DNA of 62,859 nucleotides, taken from positions 1-62,859 of the IMG/VR virus record IMGVR_UViG_3300025389_001457. One strand, given 5' to 3'. Below the pieces are notes generated by a model, which was given only the letters and a program-made list of their open reading frames with translations, searched no databases and was not told where the DNA came from. Source of the DNA: a virus (taxonomy: Duplodnaviria; Caudoviricetes). Every line of letters begins with the position of its first letter. Within the stretch, counting starts at the first letter, position 1. A program made the position numbers and the translations under genes. Below are positions 19,282 to 28,248 of the stretch, one piece after another.

Positions 19282-19694
19282 TGTTGGTAATTGAAATACC
19301 ATATTGGGTTATCACAACTGATGCAATCATGGTTGTATGCTACGGTGTATGTGCCATGATTGCAGTAGGATTTGATATTCATAGGAATAACTGGCGTAGC
19401 AAATTAAAAGACTGCAAATCGTGGGTGCTTTCCAAATATAGTAATTATCAGTATAAACACCAGGCTAATGTTACAATTGTTGAGGGCGCTCACGTATCTA
19501 CTATTAAAGAATTATATCTTGAAATACGACAATGGGTTGCAGAAAACATTGACAATCCTGAAAAAACATCATGGTCGGAAGCTAACGATATTGTAGCAAA
19601 TAATGTTACACTTATAAGTTTAGAGCCAACCGTGTTTGTTTTTAAGTTCAAGCGAGCAAAAGATTTAACACACTTTGTAATGCGGTGGTCATAA
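19281..19694 (+). CDS. hypothetical membrane protein
   Basis: N-terminal TM segment; C-terminal F.F....D...F..RWS. Confidence 0.6.
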   Translation: MLVIEIPYWVITTDAIMVVCYGVCAMIAVGFDIHRNNWRSKLKDCKSWVLSKYSNYQYKHQANVTIVEGAHVSTIKELYLEIRQWVAENIDNPEKTSWSEANDIVANNVTLISLEPTVFVFKFKRAKDLTHFVMRWS

Positions 19695-19990
19695 TGATAG
19701 GATTTCATTTACGGATAGGCAATCCATTTGCCAAATCTTGGGTATTTACTCGTGATAAGTTTTTACGAAATTATCGCATTACCAAACATAAAAACTTGGA
19801 AATACAAGTTTCATTTTGGAGTGGTTTAGATGAATTTTTTAGTATCAATCTTGACACTTGGTGGTTTGGTCGTGATCATGCTGGTCCAGAATTTGACTTG
19901 ACAATCTTATGGTTTTATGTTAGTGTTAAATTATATGATGATCGTCATTGGGACGATGCGAATGAGTGTTGGGAAAAGCACGATGAATGA
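19694..19990 (+). CDS. hypothetical protein
   Basis: Translationally coupled; DHAG...YD.RHW. Confidence 0.65.
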   Translation: MIGFHLRIGNPFAKSWVFTRDKFLRNYRITKHKNLEIQVSFWSGLDEFFSINLDTWWFGRDHAGPEFDLTILWFYVSVKLYDDRHWDDANECWEKHDE

Positions 19991-20213
19991 ACGAATTAAA
20001 GAACTTGCGCTAGATGCTGGTCTGTTGAACTATGTAGATCATGAAACACCAAGGCACTACTTCATTAATGGCCATGCCGAACAAGAAGATGTTGAAAAGT
20101 TTGCTGAACTAATTGTGCGTGAATGTATGGAATGGTGTGATGCGCATGCTACAATTGATGGCACTGCTCAAAAGATTCGTGATGATATAAAGAAATATTT
20201 TGGAGTTGAATAA
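19983..20213 (+). CDS. hypothetical protein
   Basis: MNERIKELA...FAELIVREC...FGVE pattern typical of small phage ORFs. Confidence 0.7.
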   Translation: MNERIKELALDAGLLNYVDHETPRHYFINGHAEQEDVEKFAELIVRECMEWCDAHATIDGTAQKIRDDIKKYFGVE

Positions 20214-20662
20214 TGAGATTAGGAACACCATTTGATGCACTGCATGAAGCCGTAGCCGCTGCTGTGCATCGTGACTTGCCTGAAATTACCTATCAAGACC
20301 GAGATTGGGATGCTTACCGTGCCTTGAGCAAGGAACAGCAAGGTGCGGCAATGAAGACCGACACTGTGCCAAGGGTTACTAAAACTCGTCGTGTTCAGGC
20401 AGATGAAGTAGAAGTAGTAATGTTCCCACAGACTTGGGGCAGCACTGCGCTTGGCTATGGCGGCATGGGTGGTGCTGCAATTTCGGGTGCATACACAGTG
20501 GTGGTCAGTCACAAAACCCACCTATGTGTATATTTTGGATGTGGTCGGTTGGCATACAGATTAGATTATGCTGAAATGAGTGCAGAAGGTCGTGATAACT
20601 TCCGCAAGGACTTGCATGGTCATACCTTAAAAGATATTGCTGGATCAGGAGTGTATCGGTAA
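20213..20662 (+). CDS. hypothetical protein
   Basis: FPQTWGSTALGYGG; coupled TAATG start. Confidence 0.7.
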   Translation: MRLGTPFDALHEAVAAAVHRDLPEITYQDRDWDAYRALSKEQQGAAMKTDTVPRVTKTRRVQADEVEVVMFPQTWGSTALGYGGMGGAAISGAYTVVVSHKTHLCVYFGCGRLAYRLDYAEMSAEGRDNFRKDLHGHTLKDIAGSGVYR

Positions 20663-20838
20663 TGGAAGCGGAAATTGCAGCAATCCGTGAAAAGATTGCC
20701 AAATTAGAGAAGTATCGTGATCTTGTGCGGTTTATTGCTAATGACTCGTATGAATTGAGTTATGAAAAAGCACAACAGCAGCGTGATGATTGGCGCAAAC
20801 GCTGTCAGCGGTTGTTGATGGAAGTAGAGACTTACTGA
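20662..20838 (+). CDS. small hypothetical protein (58 aa, absent from the ORF track)
   Basis: MEAEIAAIREK...EVETY; TAATG and TGATG coupling on both sides. Confidence 0.6.
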   Translation: MEAEIAAIREKIAKLEKYRDLVRFIANDSYELSYEKAQQQRDDWRKRCQRLLMEVETY

Positions 20839-21125
20839 TGGGTTTAGATACCTTCACAGTTAAAACATATCATATTACGCTTACATGTGATGCATGCAAT
20901 CATACGGAAGAACACGCACACGAGGAAAACGATAAAGATAATTTGGCTGATAATATTGACAATCGCAGTGCCAAGCGTAGAGAACAATTGCGTGGTTGGA
21001 ACTATTCTTATTACAAGATGGAACCAGTATGGGATGCATATGCAAGATTTGAAAATCCAGAGACACAAGAAATGACACGCACTCTGTTGTGTCCAAAATG
21101 CAGTGAGGAGAATATAAATGTTTGA
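20838..21125 (+). CDS. putative Zn-ribbon protein
   Basis: CDAC...CPKC. Confidence 0.6.
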   Translation: MGLDTFTVKTYHITLTCDACNHTEEHAHEENDKDNLADNIDNRSAKRREQLRGWNYSYYKMEPVWDAYARFENPETQEMTRTLLCPKCSEENINV

Positions 21126-21279
21126 AGCAGAATATAAGTGGTATTTTATTATGATGGCAGTTGTTATGTCTGCCATTATGGTTGGTGCAGGTGTTGATAG
21201 TTGGCAGAAGAGCAGTTGTAAAGTAGAATATGCCAAGACCACACGCACAGTTGCAGAAATCAACGAGATTTGTAAGTGA
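21118..21279 (+). CDS. small membrane protein (53 aa, absent from the ORF track)
   Basis: MFEAEYKWYFIMMAVVMSAIMVGAG...EICK; SD GAGGAG. Confidence 0.6.
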   Translation: MFEAEYKWYFIMMAVVMSAIMVGAGVDSWQKSSCKVEYAKTTRTVAEINEICK

Positions 21280-21500
21280 CCTATACTACAAGTGAATTGT
21301 TTAGACTGTGGGCAGAAGATAAGTTGCGGCTTGTTCATGACCCAGAAACATTTGAAGGTTTCATGATGTTTGCGGATAGTAAAAAAATAATTCCAAACGC
21401 CGAAAAACCATGGGTGGTCAGTAAAGAGTTTAATGATATAATGTCACAGTTAGTAGATGCTAATCGCCAAAGGTATATGAACAGATATGATCACTGTTGA
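21276..21500 (+). CDS. hypothetical protein
   Basis: Coupled ORF (GTGA overlap). Confidence 0.55.
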   Translation: MTYTTSELFRLWAEDKLRLVHDPETFEGFMMFADSKKIIPNAEKPWVVSKEFNDIMSQLVDANRQRYMNRYDHC

Positions 21501-21717
21501 AAAATCCGATACTGTAAGTGTAGGTCCAAATCATAGACAATTCAGGTTTATTGATGGTTTGCGTCTTGTGCCTCGTGCCGAAATTAGAATACACAACGGT
21601 GTTCAAGAACATGAACGCAAACTGATTGAAAAGTGGATTAAGTCTGGTCATATTCAAGCCTATGCTAATATGACCAGTGAAGAATATGTGTTGGCATCAT
21701 TGAGAAATGGACAATGA
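21487..21717 (+). CDS. hypothetical protein
   Basis: ORF in the small-gene array. Confidence 0.6.
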   Translation: MITVEKSDTVSVGPNHRQFRFIDGLRLVPRAEIRIHNGVQEHERKLIEKWIKSGHIQAYANMTSEEYVLASLRNGQ

Positions 21718-21845
21718 AAGTTAATTATGATATACTTAAAACTATTGTGGTAATCGCTCTCATTGCTGGCGGTGCTTATTCTTCTGGCGTTAGTCATAAT
21801 GGTGAGTGGGCAGGATTTTTGTTTTTGGCTTGGTGGATTTGGTAA
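21714..21845 (+). CDS. small membrane peptide (43 aa, absent from the ORF track)
   Basis: MKVNYDILKTIVVIALIAGG...WAGFLFLAWWIW; ATGA and TAATG coupling. Confidence 0.55.
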   Translation: MKVNYDILKTIVVIALIAGGAYSSGVSHNGEWAGFLFLAWWIW

Positions 21846-22132
21846 TGGATAAAGTATCGGTAGAAGAAATCTTAACTGATTGGAAATATATTTCACTGGC
21901 AGAATATGCTCGTCACATTAATCTTGCACAGGTTGGCATTGATGCTGCGCTTGTCACGAGTAAAAGTGAGTTTAATCGCCTGGTAGATAGCGGTGGCATA
22001 CGGCTAAATGGCACCAAAGTAAATGACCCCAATGCTTTCATCTTCTTTCCACCAAATAAAGATTTGACAGATATTAACAGCAGTGTTATTATGAGTATAG
22101 ATCGTAAAAGAGCAGAGGCAGTAGGCATATGA
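21845..22132 (+). CDS. stand-alone S4-like RNA-binding domain (TyrRS C-terminal type)
   Basis: L..SKSE..RL...GGI.LNG.KV.D. Confidence 0.7.
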   Translation: MDKVSVEEILTDWKYISLAEYARHINLAQVGIDAALVTSKSEFNRLVDSGGIRLNGTKVNDPNAFIFFPPNKDLTDINSSVIMSIDRKRAEAVGI

Positions 22133-22488
22133 CCAAAATTGTATATAATGCGTGTCACGGTGGATTTGGATTGAGCCATGAGGCTACCATGCGGTATGGC
22201 GAACTTGCTAATCTTAACCTTCTGTATGTTGAGGGCGATCACAGATGGACTAGCCATTACTACAAGGATGGCATTGAAGACGATGACCATTTCTTTTCTG
22301 CTAGTGATATTGAGCGTGATGACCCTATCCTTGCACAGGTTGTAGAAGAATTATGTGCAGCAGCAAACGGTGATTTTGCTCGCTTGGCTATCCGTGAATT
22401 GGCACCTGGTACGCAGTATCGTATTGATGAATATGATGGATATGAAAGCGTGATGACCATTGATGATTATGTGTGGAGCGTAGCATGA
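22129..22488 (+). CDS. conserved phage hypothetical protein
   Basis: KIVYN.C.GGFGLS, R.DP.L..VVEEL, I.EYDG.E. Confidence 0.75.
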   Translation: MTKIVYNACHGGFGLSHEATMRYGELANLNLLYVEGDHRWTSHYYKDGIEDDDHFFSASDIERDDPILAQVVEELCAAANGDFARLAIRELAPGTQYRIDEYDGYESVMTIDDYVWSVA

Positions 22489-22724
22489 AGAAGTATTTTA
22501 ATATATGGAACTTTTTTATGTTGTGTTGTGCAGCAATTTTCACGCTGTCACTATATCAAATGACACTGCCGTATGAACCAAAAGATGATAGTGATGGTCC
22601 GCACGAAAATAGCCATATGGATGTCTTTACTGATTATCTAACAGGTTGTCAGTATCTGTATCGCTATTCACTTACGCCTCGCATGGGTGCTGATGGAAAA
22701 CAAATTTGTAAGAAAGTAAACTAA
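22485..22724 (+). CDS. small membrane-anchored protein
   Basis: TM segment then D..TGCQYL...LTPR...DG.Q.C. Confidence 0.7.
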   Translation: MKKYFNIWNFFMLCCAAIFTLSLYQMTLPYEPKDDSDGPHENSHMDVFTDYLTGCQYLYRYSLTPRMGADGKQICKKVN

Positions 22725-22725
22725 A

Positions 22726-23052
22726 ATGAAAAAGATTTTACTAGCAGCAACCTTGCTATTTGCTACACCAGTATTGGCAGATAATCCTGCTACCCTTAGT
22801 TGTTATTTCCAAAGTGGCGAACACTTTACTGTTGTGGGTAGTGGTGGCACAACTATGATCCAGTGGGAAAATAAAGGTTTCCGCAGTGCTATTTCAAATT
22901 TTGAAAACCCTTGGCTAGTCATCGTTGAAGTTGCCGATAATGGTAATCGGTTTAAGATGATGATGAACGTTAAAACAAAAGAAGCATTTGGCGAAACACA
23001 ATTTACAGATGGTCACAAAAATGGTGGTCCGCTGTGGTGTGCATTTCAGTAA
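22726..23052 (+). CDS. exported protein with signal peptide
   Basis: MKKILLAATLLFATPVLA; two Cys. Confidence 0.7.
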   Translation: MKKILLAATLLFATPVLADNPATLSCYFQSGEHFTVVGSGGTTMIQWENKGFRSAISNFENPWLVIVEVADNGNRFKMMMNVKTKEAFGETQFTDGHKNGGPLWCAFQ

Positions 23053-23079
23053 TTAGCAATGAAAAAAGGAGAAAAACAC

Positions 23080-23271
23080 ATGGCTAAGATTAGTGATAAA
23101 TTGGCGAAGGTCAATGATAATTATACCATCAACATGTATGACAATGGTTTCATGATTGAAGTTGGCGGTCGTGATCATGATGATGATTGGAAGACTGCCA
23201 AGATCATTGTAAGTTCAGTTGATGAACTTGTTGCTCTTGTAAAAGAAGTAGCAGAACTTCCTCGTGACTAA
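23080..23271 (+). CDS. hypothetical protein
   Basis: SD AAGGAG; YDNGFMIEVGGR. Confidence 0.75.
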   Translation: MAKISDKLAKVNDNYTINMYDNGFMIEVGGRDHDDDWKTAKIIVSSVDELVALVKEVAELPRD

Positions 23272-23482
23272 AAAGAAAAACACGAGCGGCATTCATATTT
23301 TTGTTGCTGAACTTGCCAAGATTAAAGATTGGTTAGACAGCGACCTAATGATGAGCGCCAAAAGTGTAAAGATCATCGTATCAAATAGCACTGGCATTGG
23401 CGAAAATGTTGATGCCATTGCTATTGACGAGCATGGTGAAGAAATAGCAAAACTTGATGTAACTGATTATGAGAACTGGTGA
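23264..23482 (+). CDS. hypothetical protein
   Basis: S.GIG...DVTDYENW. Confidence 0.65.
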   Translation: MTKKKNTSGIHIFVAELAKIKDWLDSDLMMSAKSVKIIVSNSTGIGENVDAIAIDEHGEEIAKLDVTDYENW

Positions 23483-23688
23483 TGTTAGCAGACGGATATT
23501 TTTGGGACATCAATCCTTTTGGGCTTATATTAGATGAAGACCTTCCCATCGCAAAAATGGGTTGGAAAGATGGCGATAAGTTTATATTACACATTAGACC
23601 TAATGGGCATCGTGCGCTAGTTAGGCTTGATCCACTTCGTGAAGTAGTGGAAGATTATCAACGCAAATTGGATAGTGAAAATGAGTGA
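23479..23688 (+). CDS. hypothetical protein (AbrB-like GWK.GD motif)
   Basis: MGWKDGD. Confidence 0.55.
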   Translation: MMLADGYFWDINPFGLILDEDLPIAKMGWKDGDKFILHIRPNGHRALVRLDPLREVVEDYQRKLDSENE

Positions 23689-23881
23689 AAAGAAAAAGTT
23701 TCCTACACTGAAATTTAGTTGGACACAGCCATATCCTGAATTAAATGGATATGCCTGGGTAGATGAACTTGATGAAAGTGATATGATGATGATTTATCTT
23801 GACATGCTCGAATTTGAAGTTGAGAATGGCAAGGTAGATGATGCCGTAAAAATGTTGAATGACATTGGTATCAAATGCTAA
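23681..23881 (+). CDS. hypothetical protein
   Basis: Last ORF of the small-gene array. Confidence 0.55.
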   Translation: MSEKKKFPTLKFSWTQPYPELNGYAWVDELDESDMMMIYLDMLEFEVENGKVDDAVKMLNDIGIKC

Positions 23882-23941
23882 ATAAAAATGTAGGGTCACT
23901 CTGAATGGCACCTATAACTAGATAAAAATATAGACAGTAGT

Positions 23942-23976
23942 AAAAACTAACTTTGAAAACTAACTTTGAAAACTAG
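23942..23976 (+). repeat. 13-bp tandem repeat AAAACTAACTTTG x2 plus a partial copy
   Basis: aaaactaactttg aaaactaactttg aaaactag. Confidence 0.8.
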
Positions 23977-24066
23977 CTTATAAATTAAAAATAATAATAC
24001 ATGTAAAATAACTAGCAGAATGTGAAGAGTAGAAACTAAACATTATCGTATTAACTAGAAGATAAG

Positions 24067-24099
24067 AACACCGTAGATTAATTTCTGCGGTGTTTTTTT
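24067..24099 (+). terminator. intrinsic terminator
   Basis: AACACCGTAGA-loop-TCTGCGGTGTT plus T tract. Confidence 0.85.
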
Positions 24100-24113
24100 G
24101 AATAAGTAACATC

Positions 24114-24713
24114 ATGTTGCAACCAGATCACGATATATTTTTTGTTCATGGTACTGGCGGAAGTTTTATAGATACAATTTTTTTATTTTATTTTTATCTT
24201 TCACATAAACAATATACAATACGTGAATTACAAGAAAAATTCTTGCTAATAGGTAAAATGGGCGAGTGTCATGATGCTACTCAATCTCCGCATTATCATA
24301 CTGTAAGTGATTTAGAATTTTATAATCCAAATAAAAAAAATATTGCTATACGATATACACAAGATGATGAACAATTTATTTTAGATATGGCATATAACAA
24401 ACTATTTTTACAAGAATCACATACTACCGATAAATTTTTATCCAATTTTAAATTGAATAAAAAAATGTTAAAAAACAAAAAAACATTAGAAGACACTATA
24501 AAAAAATTATGTCAAAAAAATGTAACACATTGGAGAGAAAATTTTGATTTTTCAAAAATGAATTTGCTAATAGATTTTAATACAATTTATGGTAGAAATA
24601 AGGAAAATTTGCATGATATTATTGGTGATTTTTTAAAAATTGAAAAATTGCCAATTATTGATGATTATATTAAATTTTATCAAAATAAAAATTCAAAATA
24701 CTTTATTATCTAA
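24114..24713 (+). CDS. hypothetical protein, sulfotransferase-like P-loop start
   Basis: FVHGTGGSFI; very AT-rich; ATAAGTA leader. Confidence 0.45.
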   Translation: MLQPDHDIFFVHGTGGSFIDTIFLFYFYLSHKQYTIRELQEKFLLIGKMGECHDATQSPHYHTVSDLEFYNPNKKNIAIRYTQDDEQFILDMAYNKLFLQESHTTDKFLSNFKLNKKMLKNKKTLEDTIKKLCQKNVTHWRENFDFSKMNLLIDFNTIYGRNKENLHDIIGDFLKIEKLPIIDDYIKFYQNKNSKYFII

Positions 24714-24739
24714 ATACTATACCCAAAAAGGAAATATCA

Positions 24740-25573
24740 ATGAAGAAAATTCTAGTAGTACTACTCGCACTTCTAGTTCCAACATTAGCACATGCTTGGA
24801 ACCAACGTCCAAATCAGCCAGATGCTGTCTGTGCTGCGTTCATGCCTTATGGCAAGATCACTGATACACAAAAACACGATACTACTCCACTCTGCCGTCA
24901 AGGTTATTTTATTCAGCATGATAATGCTGCTAAGGAACCACTATGGGCAGCATGGGAAATCACTCCACAGCATGTCAATGGCTGCGTAGCGCGTAGCAAC
25001 GCATTTACTGCTGATAATGCTCTACCTGCTGACAAGCGTAGTGCGCCAAGTGATTATGCTGCAAGTGGTTATGATCAAGGACACATCGCCAATGATGCAC
25101 ATCAGTCTTGGGATCAACAGGTTGAATATGAATCATTCTTAATGAGCAATATGTCACCACAGTTACCAGGTCTTAATCGTGGTATCTGGAAGTTACTTGA
25201 AGGTTCAACAGGCGCTTGGACATTCTCACGCAATCATACACTTCTCATCTATGCTGGTAACATTTACACAGTTGGCAAGGATAAGACAATCGGTGCTAAC
25301 AAGGTAACTGTTCCAAACAAGTTGTGGAAAATTGTTATTGATACACAGACCAAGGAAGTTTATGCGTTCCTATTCCCACAGGCTGAAAATCAAGGCAATG
25401 ACCTAACCAAAGTTCAAGTTAGCGTTGCTGATGTTGAAGCTGCAAGTGGATTAGTATTTCCACTTCCACCAGGCGCTGACAAGAAAGCAAAACCTGCTCT
25501 TTGGCCAGTAGATTTTAAGGCAGTTGCTGCTGCAAAGAAAACTCTCTGCAAGGGCGATCCAGGTAACGACTAA
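24740..25573 (+). CDS. secreted DNA/RNA non-specific endonuclease (NucA/EndoG family)
   Basis: Signal peptide; DY..SGYDQGH, ESF.MSNMSPQ...LNRG.W..LE. Confidence 0.9.
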   Translation: MKKILVVLLALLVPTLAHAWNQRPNQPDAVCAAFMPYGKITDTQKHDTTPLCRQGYFIQHDNAAKEPLWAAWEITPQHVNGCVARSNAFTADNALPADKRSAPSDYAASGYDQGHIANDAHQSWDQQVEYESFLMSNMSPQLPGLNRGIWKLLEGSTGAWTFSRNHTLLIYAGNIYTVGKDKTIGANKVTVPNKLWKIVIDTQTKEVYAFLFPQAENQGNDLTKVQVSVADVEAASGLVFPLPPGADKKAKPALWPVDFKAVAAAKKTLCKGDPGND

Positions 25574-25585
25574 TATAACGGTACC

Positions 25586-25614
25586 AAAGGGGAAGTTAAT
25601 ACTTCCCCTTTTTT
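25586..25614 (+). terminator. intrinsic terminator
   Basis: AAAGGGGAAGT-taat-ACTTCCCCTTT plus T tract. Confidence 0.85.
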
Positions 25615-25629
25615 GTAATAAATATTTCA

Positions 25630-26067
25630 ATGGCTGACAGCATTTTATATTTTTCATATGGGCATAATACTAATATACCCGAATTAAAACACCGTATTCC
25701 AAAAGCAAAACGAATCGGTGTTGCTGTAGCACCAAATCAACAATTAGAAATAAATCATTATACTAATATTGTGGCAAAAGATGGCGCTAAAACCTATGGT
25801 GTGTTATGGGCAGTAGATACTGAATCATTAAAAGTGTTAGATTGGTATGAAGGCGATGGCAAAGATTATGACCACGCTTTTATTGAAGTGTTATACAAAG
25901 GCAAGTTGTATAAAGTTTTAACCTATGTTATGATTAAAAACCGCAGCGATGTAGGCAAACCACCATCACACAAATACCTAAAACATGTGTATGATGGGTA
26001 TAGAATGAATGGCATACCTGCAGACCAACTAAGCATTGCAGTGCGAAATCGTCAAAATAATTATTGA
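25630..26067 (+). CDS. gamma-glutamylcyclotransferase (GGCT/AIG2-like)
   Basis: YFSYG.N, GVLW, LD.YEG, PS..Y. Confidence 0.85.
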   Translation: MADSILYFSYGHNTNIPELKHRIPKAKRIGVAVAPNQQLEINHYTNIVAKDGAKTYGVLWAVDTESLKVLDWYEGDGKDYDHAFIEVLYKGKLYKVLTYVMIKNRSDVGKPPSHKYLKHVYDGYRMNGIPADQLSIAVRNRQNNY

Positions 26068-26098
26068 CTATTACAGTTAAAATCCCTATAGTAATACA

Positions 26099-26335
26099 AT
26101 GAAACCAACAAGTGCAAACGGCGTAAGCGGAGTTCTTCTTCCAATTGGTAGAACATGGGTATTCCGTGTTTATCATGATGGCGGCGAATTTACCGATTAT
26201 GATATTTTCCATAGCGACCTACAAGTAACCATTAATGATGCGGATGCTTACTTCTATGAACGAGAAGATGGCGAATCATACCTTGACCACTCTCCACAGA
26301 CATTAGGAATTCGTAATGGCCTCTTGGATTTATGA
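26099..26335 (+). CDS. hypothetical protein
   Basis: FRVY.....F.DY...H.D....LDHSP.TLG; TTGACT promoter upstream. Confidence 0.7.
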   Translation: MKPTSANGVSGVLLPIGRTWVFRVYHDGGEFTDYDIFHSDLQVTINDADAYFYEREDGESYLDHSPQTLGIRNGLLDL

Positions 26336-26597
26336 AAGTCCAGACGGTGGCAAAACCGTTACTCGTCGTCCGTTTGGAAGCCATGATCCAAATGATAAAG
26401 AAATTCGTGTGCGTATTAATATGCTGCCACACAATGATCGTGAAGAAATTTGGACTACAAAAAATGCAGCACATGAAATTGTAGAAAATGCATTTTTTGA
26501 AGCACTAATTCGTGAGCAGAATCCTACTGTCATGGAAGCATGGGAACACTATCAGGTACTACTTAATATTTGCAAAGGCAACTTAAATAAAGGATAA
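26316..26597 (+). CDS. hypothetical protein
   Basis: IYESPDGG.TV.RR. Confidence 0.7.
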   Translation: MASWIYESPDGGKTVTRRPFGSHDPNDKEIRVRINMLPHNDREEIWTTKNAAHEIVENAFFEALIREQNPTVMEAWEHYQVLLNICKGNLNKG

Positions 26598-26605
26598 TTA
26601 TAGTA

Positions 26606-27181
26606 ATGCAGGAAATTTATGAAAACATCGCAGAAAATATCGGCAGCAATCCACAACTTCTTGGTCTCATGGATTGGTGTCGGAGAGTTGATAGTATTAC
26701 TATTGTTGGCTTTGGGAATGGGCTTTCTACTCTCGTCGCATTAAGCACCAAGCCAAAAACCATTACTGTATATGACCATGTGCTGCATGATGGCGTTAGT
26801 GATTATCAGGCACTTGCAAATGAATATGGCGTTCAATTTGTTTATCATAATCAAATGATTATTGATTTAGAAAAAATTTCTGACTGTGATATGCTAATCG
26901 TCGATAGTTTTGCAGAAGGTAATTTTATTAATACAATTTGTAGCAAATTTGCGCAGTTTGTAAATCGCTATATTGTTGTTAATAATTCATTCAAATATGC
27001 ACATCAACCTGATCCAGTAATTAAATTGGGCAATGGTGCGCAGCCGATTGGTATTGTTTTTGGTATCAATCATTTCTTGCAAAACAATGACCCATGGCAT
27101 ATTGCTGAAAACATGTATTGGACACCTGGTTTAACGTTGCTTTACCGTAGAAAGGATTTACTTGACAATGGCTCAAACTAA
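26606..27181 (+). CDS. degenerate class I SAM-methyltransferase-like protein
   Basis: G.G.G.ST, DML.VDS, GI..GI..FL..N..W, GLT.L.R. Confidence 0.55.
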   Translation: MQEIYENIAENIGSNPQLLGLMDWCRRVDSITIVGFGNGLSTLVALSTKPKTITVYDHVLHDGVSDYQALANEYGVQFVYHNQMIIDLEKISDCDMLIVDSFAEGNFINTICSKFAQFVNRYIVVNNSFKYAHQPDPVIKLGNGAQPIGIVFGINHFLQNNDPWHIAENMYWTPGLTLLYRRKDLLDNGSN

Positions 27182-27641
27182 TTTAATAGAACAATTGCGA
27201 GAATTAGACGCAGTTTTAGCATCACGTGATCCGACTGTAATAGATGCTTTTAAGCAAGCCGTTGTGTTGAGCAAGGTGGCAGAAAATGTCACTGCGCGAG
27301 GTCCGCTTGAACAAATGTTTTGGGAACTAAACGAGATGCGTCGTGAATTAGACCAACTTAAAGTCGAAACAGTCAATAGAGAACGTGGCACATATTGGTC
27401 AAAAGATACCTATGAGCGTGGCAGAAACTATAATAATTGGGGCATCACCACAATGCCATACACACCCAATGTAACATTGACTGATGAGCAAATTTCAGAA
27501 TTAACAGACATACTACATAGAAATCCTGTCACTACATCTACAACTAGTGGAACAGTGATGCCAGCATCGCCTACTGATGCGGATGCCTTTACAATGTTTG
27601 ATCCAGACACAGGCGACAGTATGTCGGTTAAATATAAGTAA
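27168..27641 (+). CDS. hypothetical protein
   Basis: ORF in operon. Confidence 0.65.
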   Translation: MAQTNLIEQLRELDAVLASRDPTVIDAFKQAVVLSKVAENVTARGPLEQMFWELNEMRRELDQLKVETVNRERGTYWSKDTYERGRNYNNWGITTMPYTPNVTLTDEQISELTDILHRNPVTTSTTSGTVMPASPTDADAFTMFDPDTGDSMSVKYK

Positions 27642-27644
27642 TTC

Positions 27645-27860
27645 ATGGCAAAAGAAGAATTATTAACGATTGATGGCAAGGTGGTAGAAGTTTTACCTAA
27701 TGGCGTGTTTCGTGTAGATATAGACAATCATATCGTCCTTGCTTATACAAGCGGCAATATTCGTAAAAATAAAATAAAGATTATTCAAGATGATCGTGTG
27801 AGCGTAGAATTAACTCCTTATGATTTAAGTCGTGGAAGAATTGTTTATAGGTACAAATAA
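27645..27860 (+). CDS. infA: translation initiation factor IF-1
   Basis: MAKEELL..DG.V.E.LPN..FRV...ELTPYDL.RGRI.YR. Confidence 0.95.
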   Translation: MAKEELLTIDGKVVEVLPNGVFRVDIDNHIVLAYTSGNIRKNKIKIIQDDRVSVELTPYDLSRGRIVYRYK

Positions 27861-28208
27861 ATGCAAGCAGTAACCCTAACAGAAGCAGCAAGAACTCATA
27901 TTCGCAATGTATTGACTAAAATGGACAAACCATATCTTGTATTTGGGCTTAAGGGTGGTGGTTGCGCAGGTTTTGAATATTTTTGGGAACCTGCTGACGA
28001 TGAATTGTATGCGCAGAATGGCACACCACACCTTGATGAAATGATTAGTGTAGGCGAAGGCAAGAGTCTAATCGTAGATGGCAGTGGCTTAATGTATCTA
28101 CTTGGTAGCGAAATAGATTATAAAAGCGACTTTGTAAGTAGCCAATTGGTTGTCAATAATCCGATGGCCAAAAGTAGTTGCGGTTGCGGAACATCAATTA
28201 GTGTCTAA
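27861..28208 (+). CDS. iscA: Fe-S cluster A-type carrier (IscA/HesB family)
   Basis: GGGCAG, NP.A..SCGCG.S. Confidence 0.9.
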   Translation: MQAVTLTEAARTHIRNVLTKMDKPYLVFGLKGGGCAGFEYFWEPADDELYAQNGTPHLDEMISVGEGKSLIVDGSGLMYLLGSEIDYKSDFVSSQLVVNNPMAKSSCGCGTSISV

Positions 28209-28209
28209 G

Positions 28210-28244
28210 AAAAACTCCTGCTAAATATCTTGCAGGAGTTTTTT
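28210..28244 (+). terminator. terminator hairpin with late promoter in the loop and SD in the 3' arm
   Basis: AAAAACTCCTGC-TAAATATCTT-GCAGGAGTTTTT. Confidence 0.8.
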
Positions 28245-28248
28245 GTTA

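Larger units (their letters stand above)
23888..24099 (+). ncRNA. candidate small RNA (A-rich, AACTA[A/G] repeats)
   Basis: TAAATA promoter at 23879, 5' hairpin, seven AACTAR motifs, no ORF, ends in a terminator. Confidence 0.45.

Noticed and set aside
23888-23917. Read-through peptide ATG-TAG-GHSEWHL
   Set aside because: Too short, no evidence for suppression, and the segment is better explained as an RNA hairpin.
23914-24060. CRISPR array
   Set aside because: Repeats are only 6-13 nt with irregular short spacing, and there are no cas genes.
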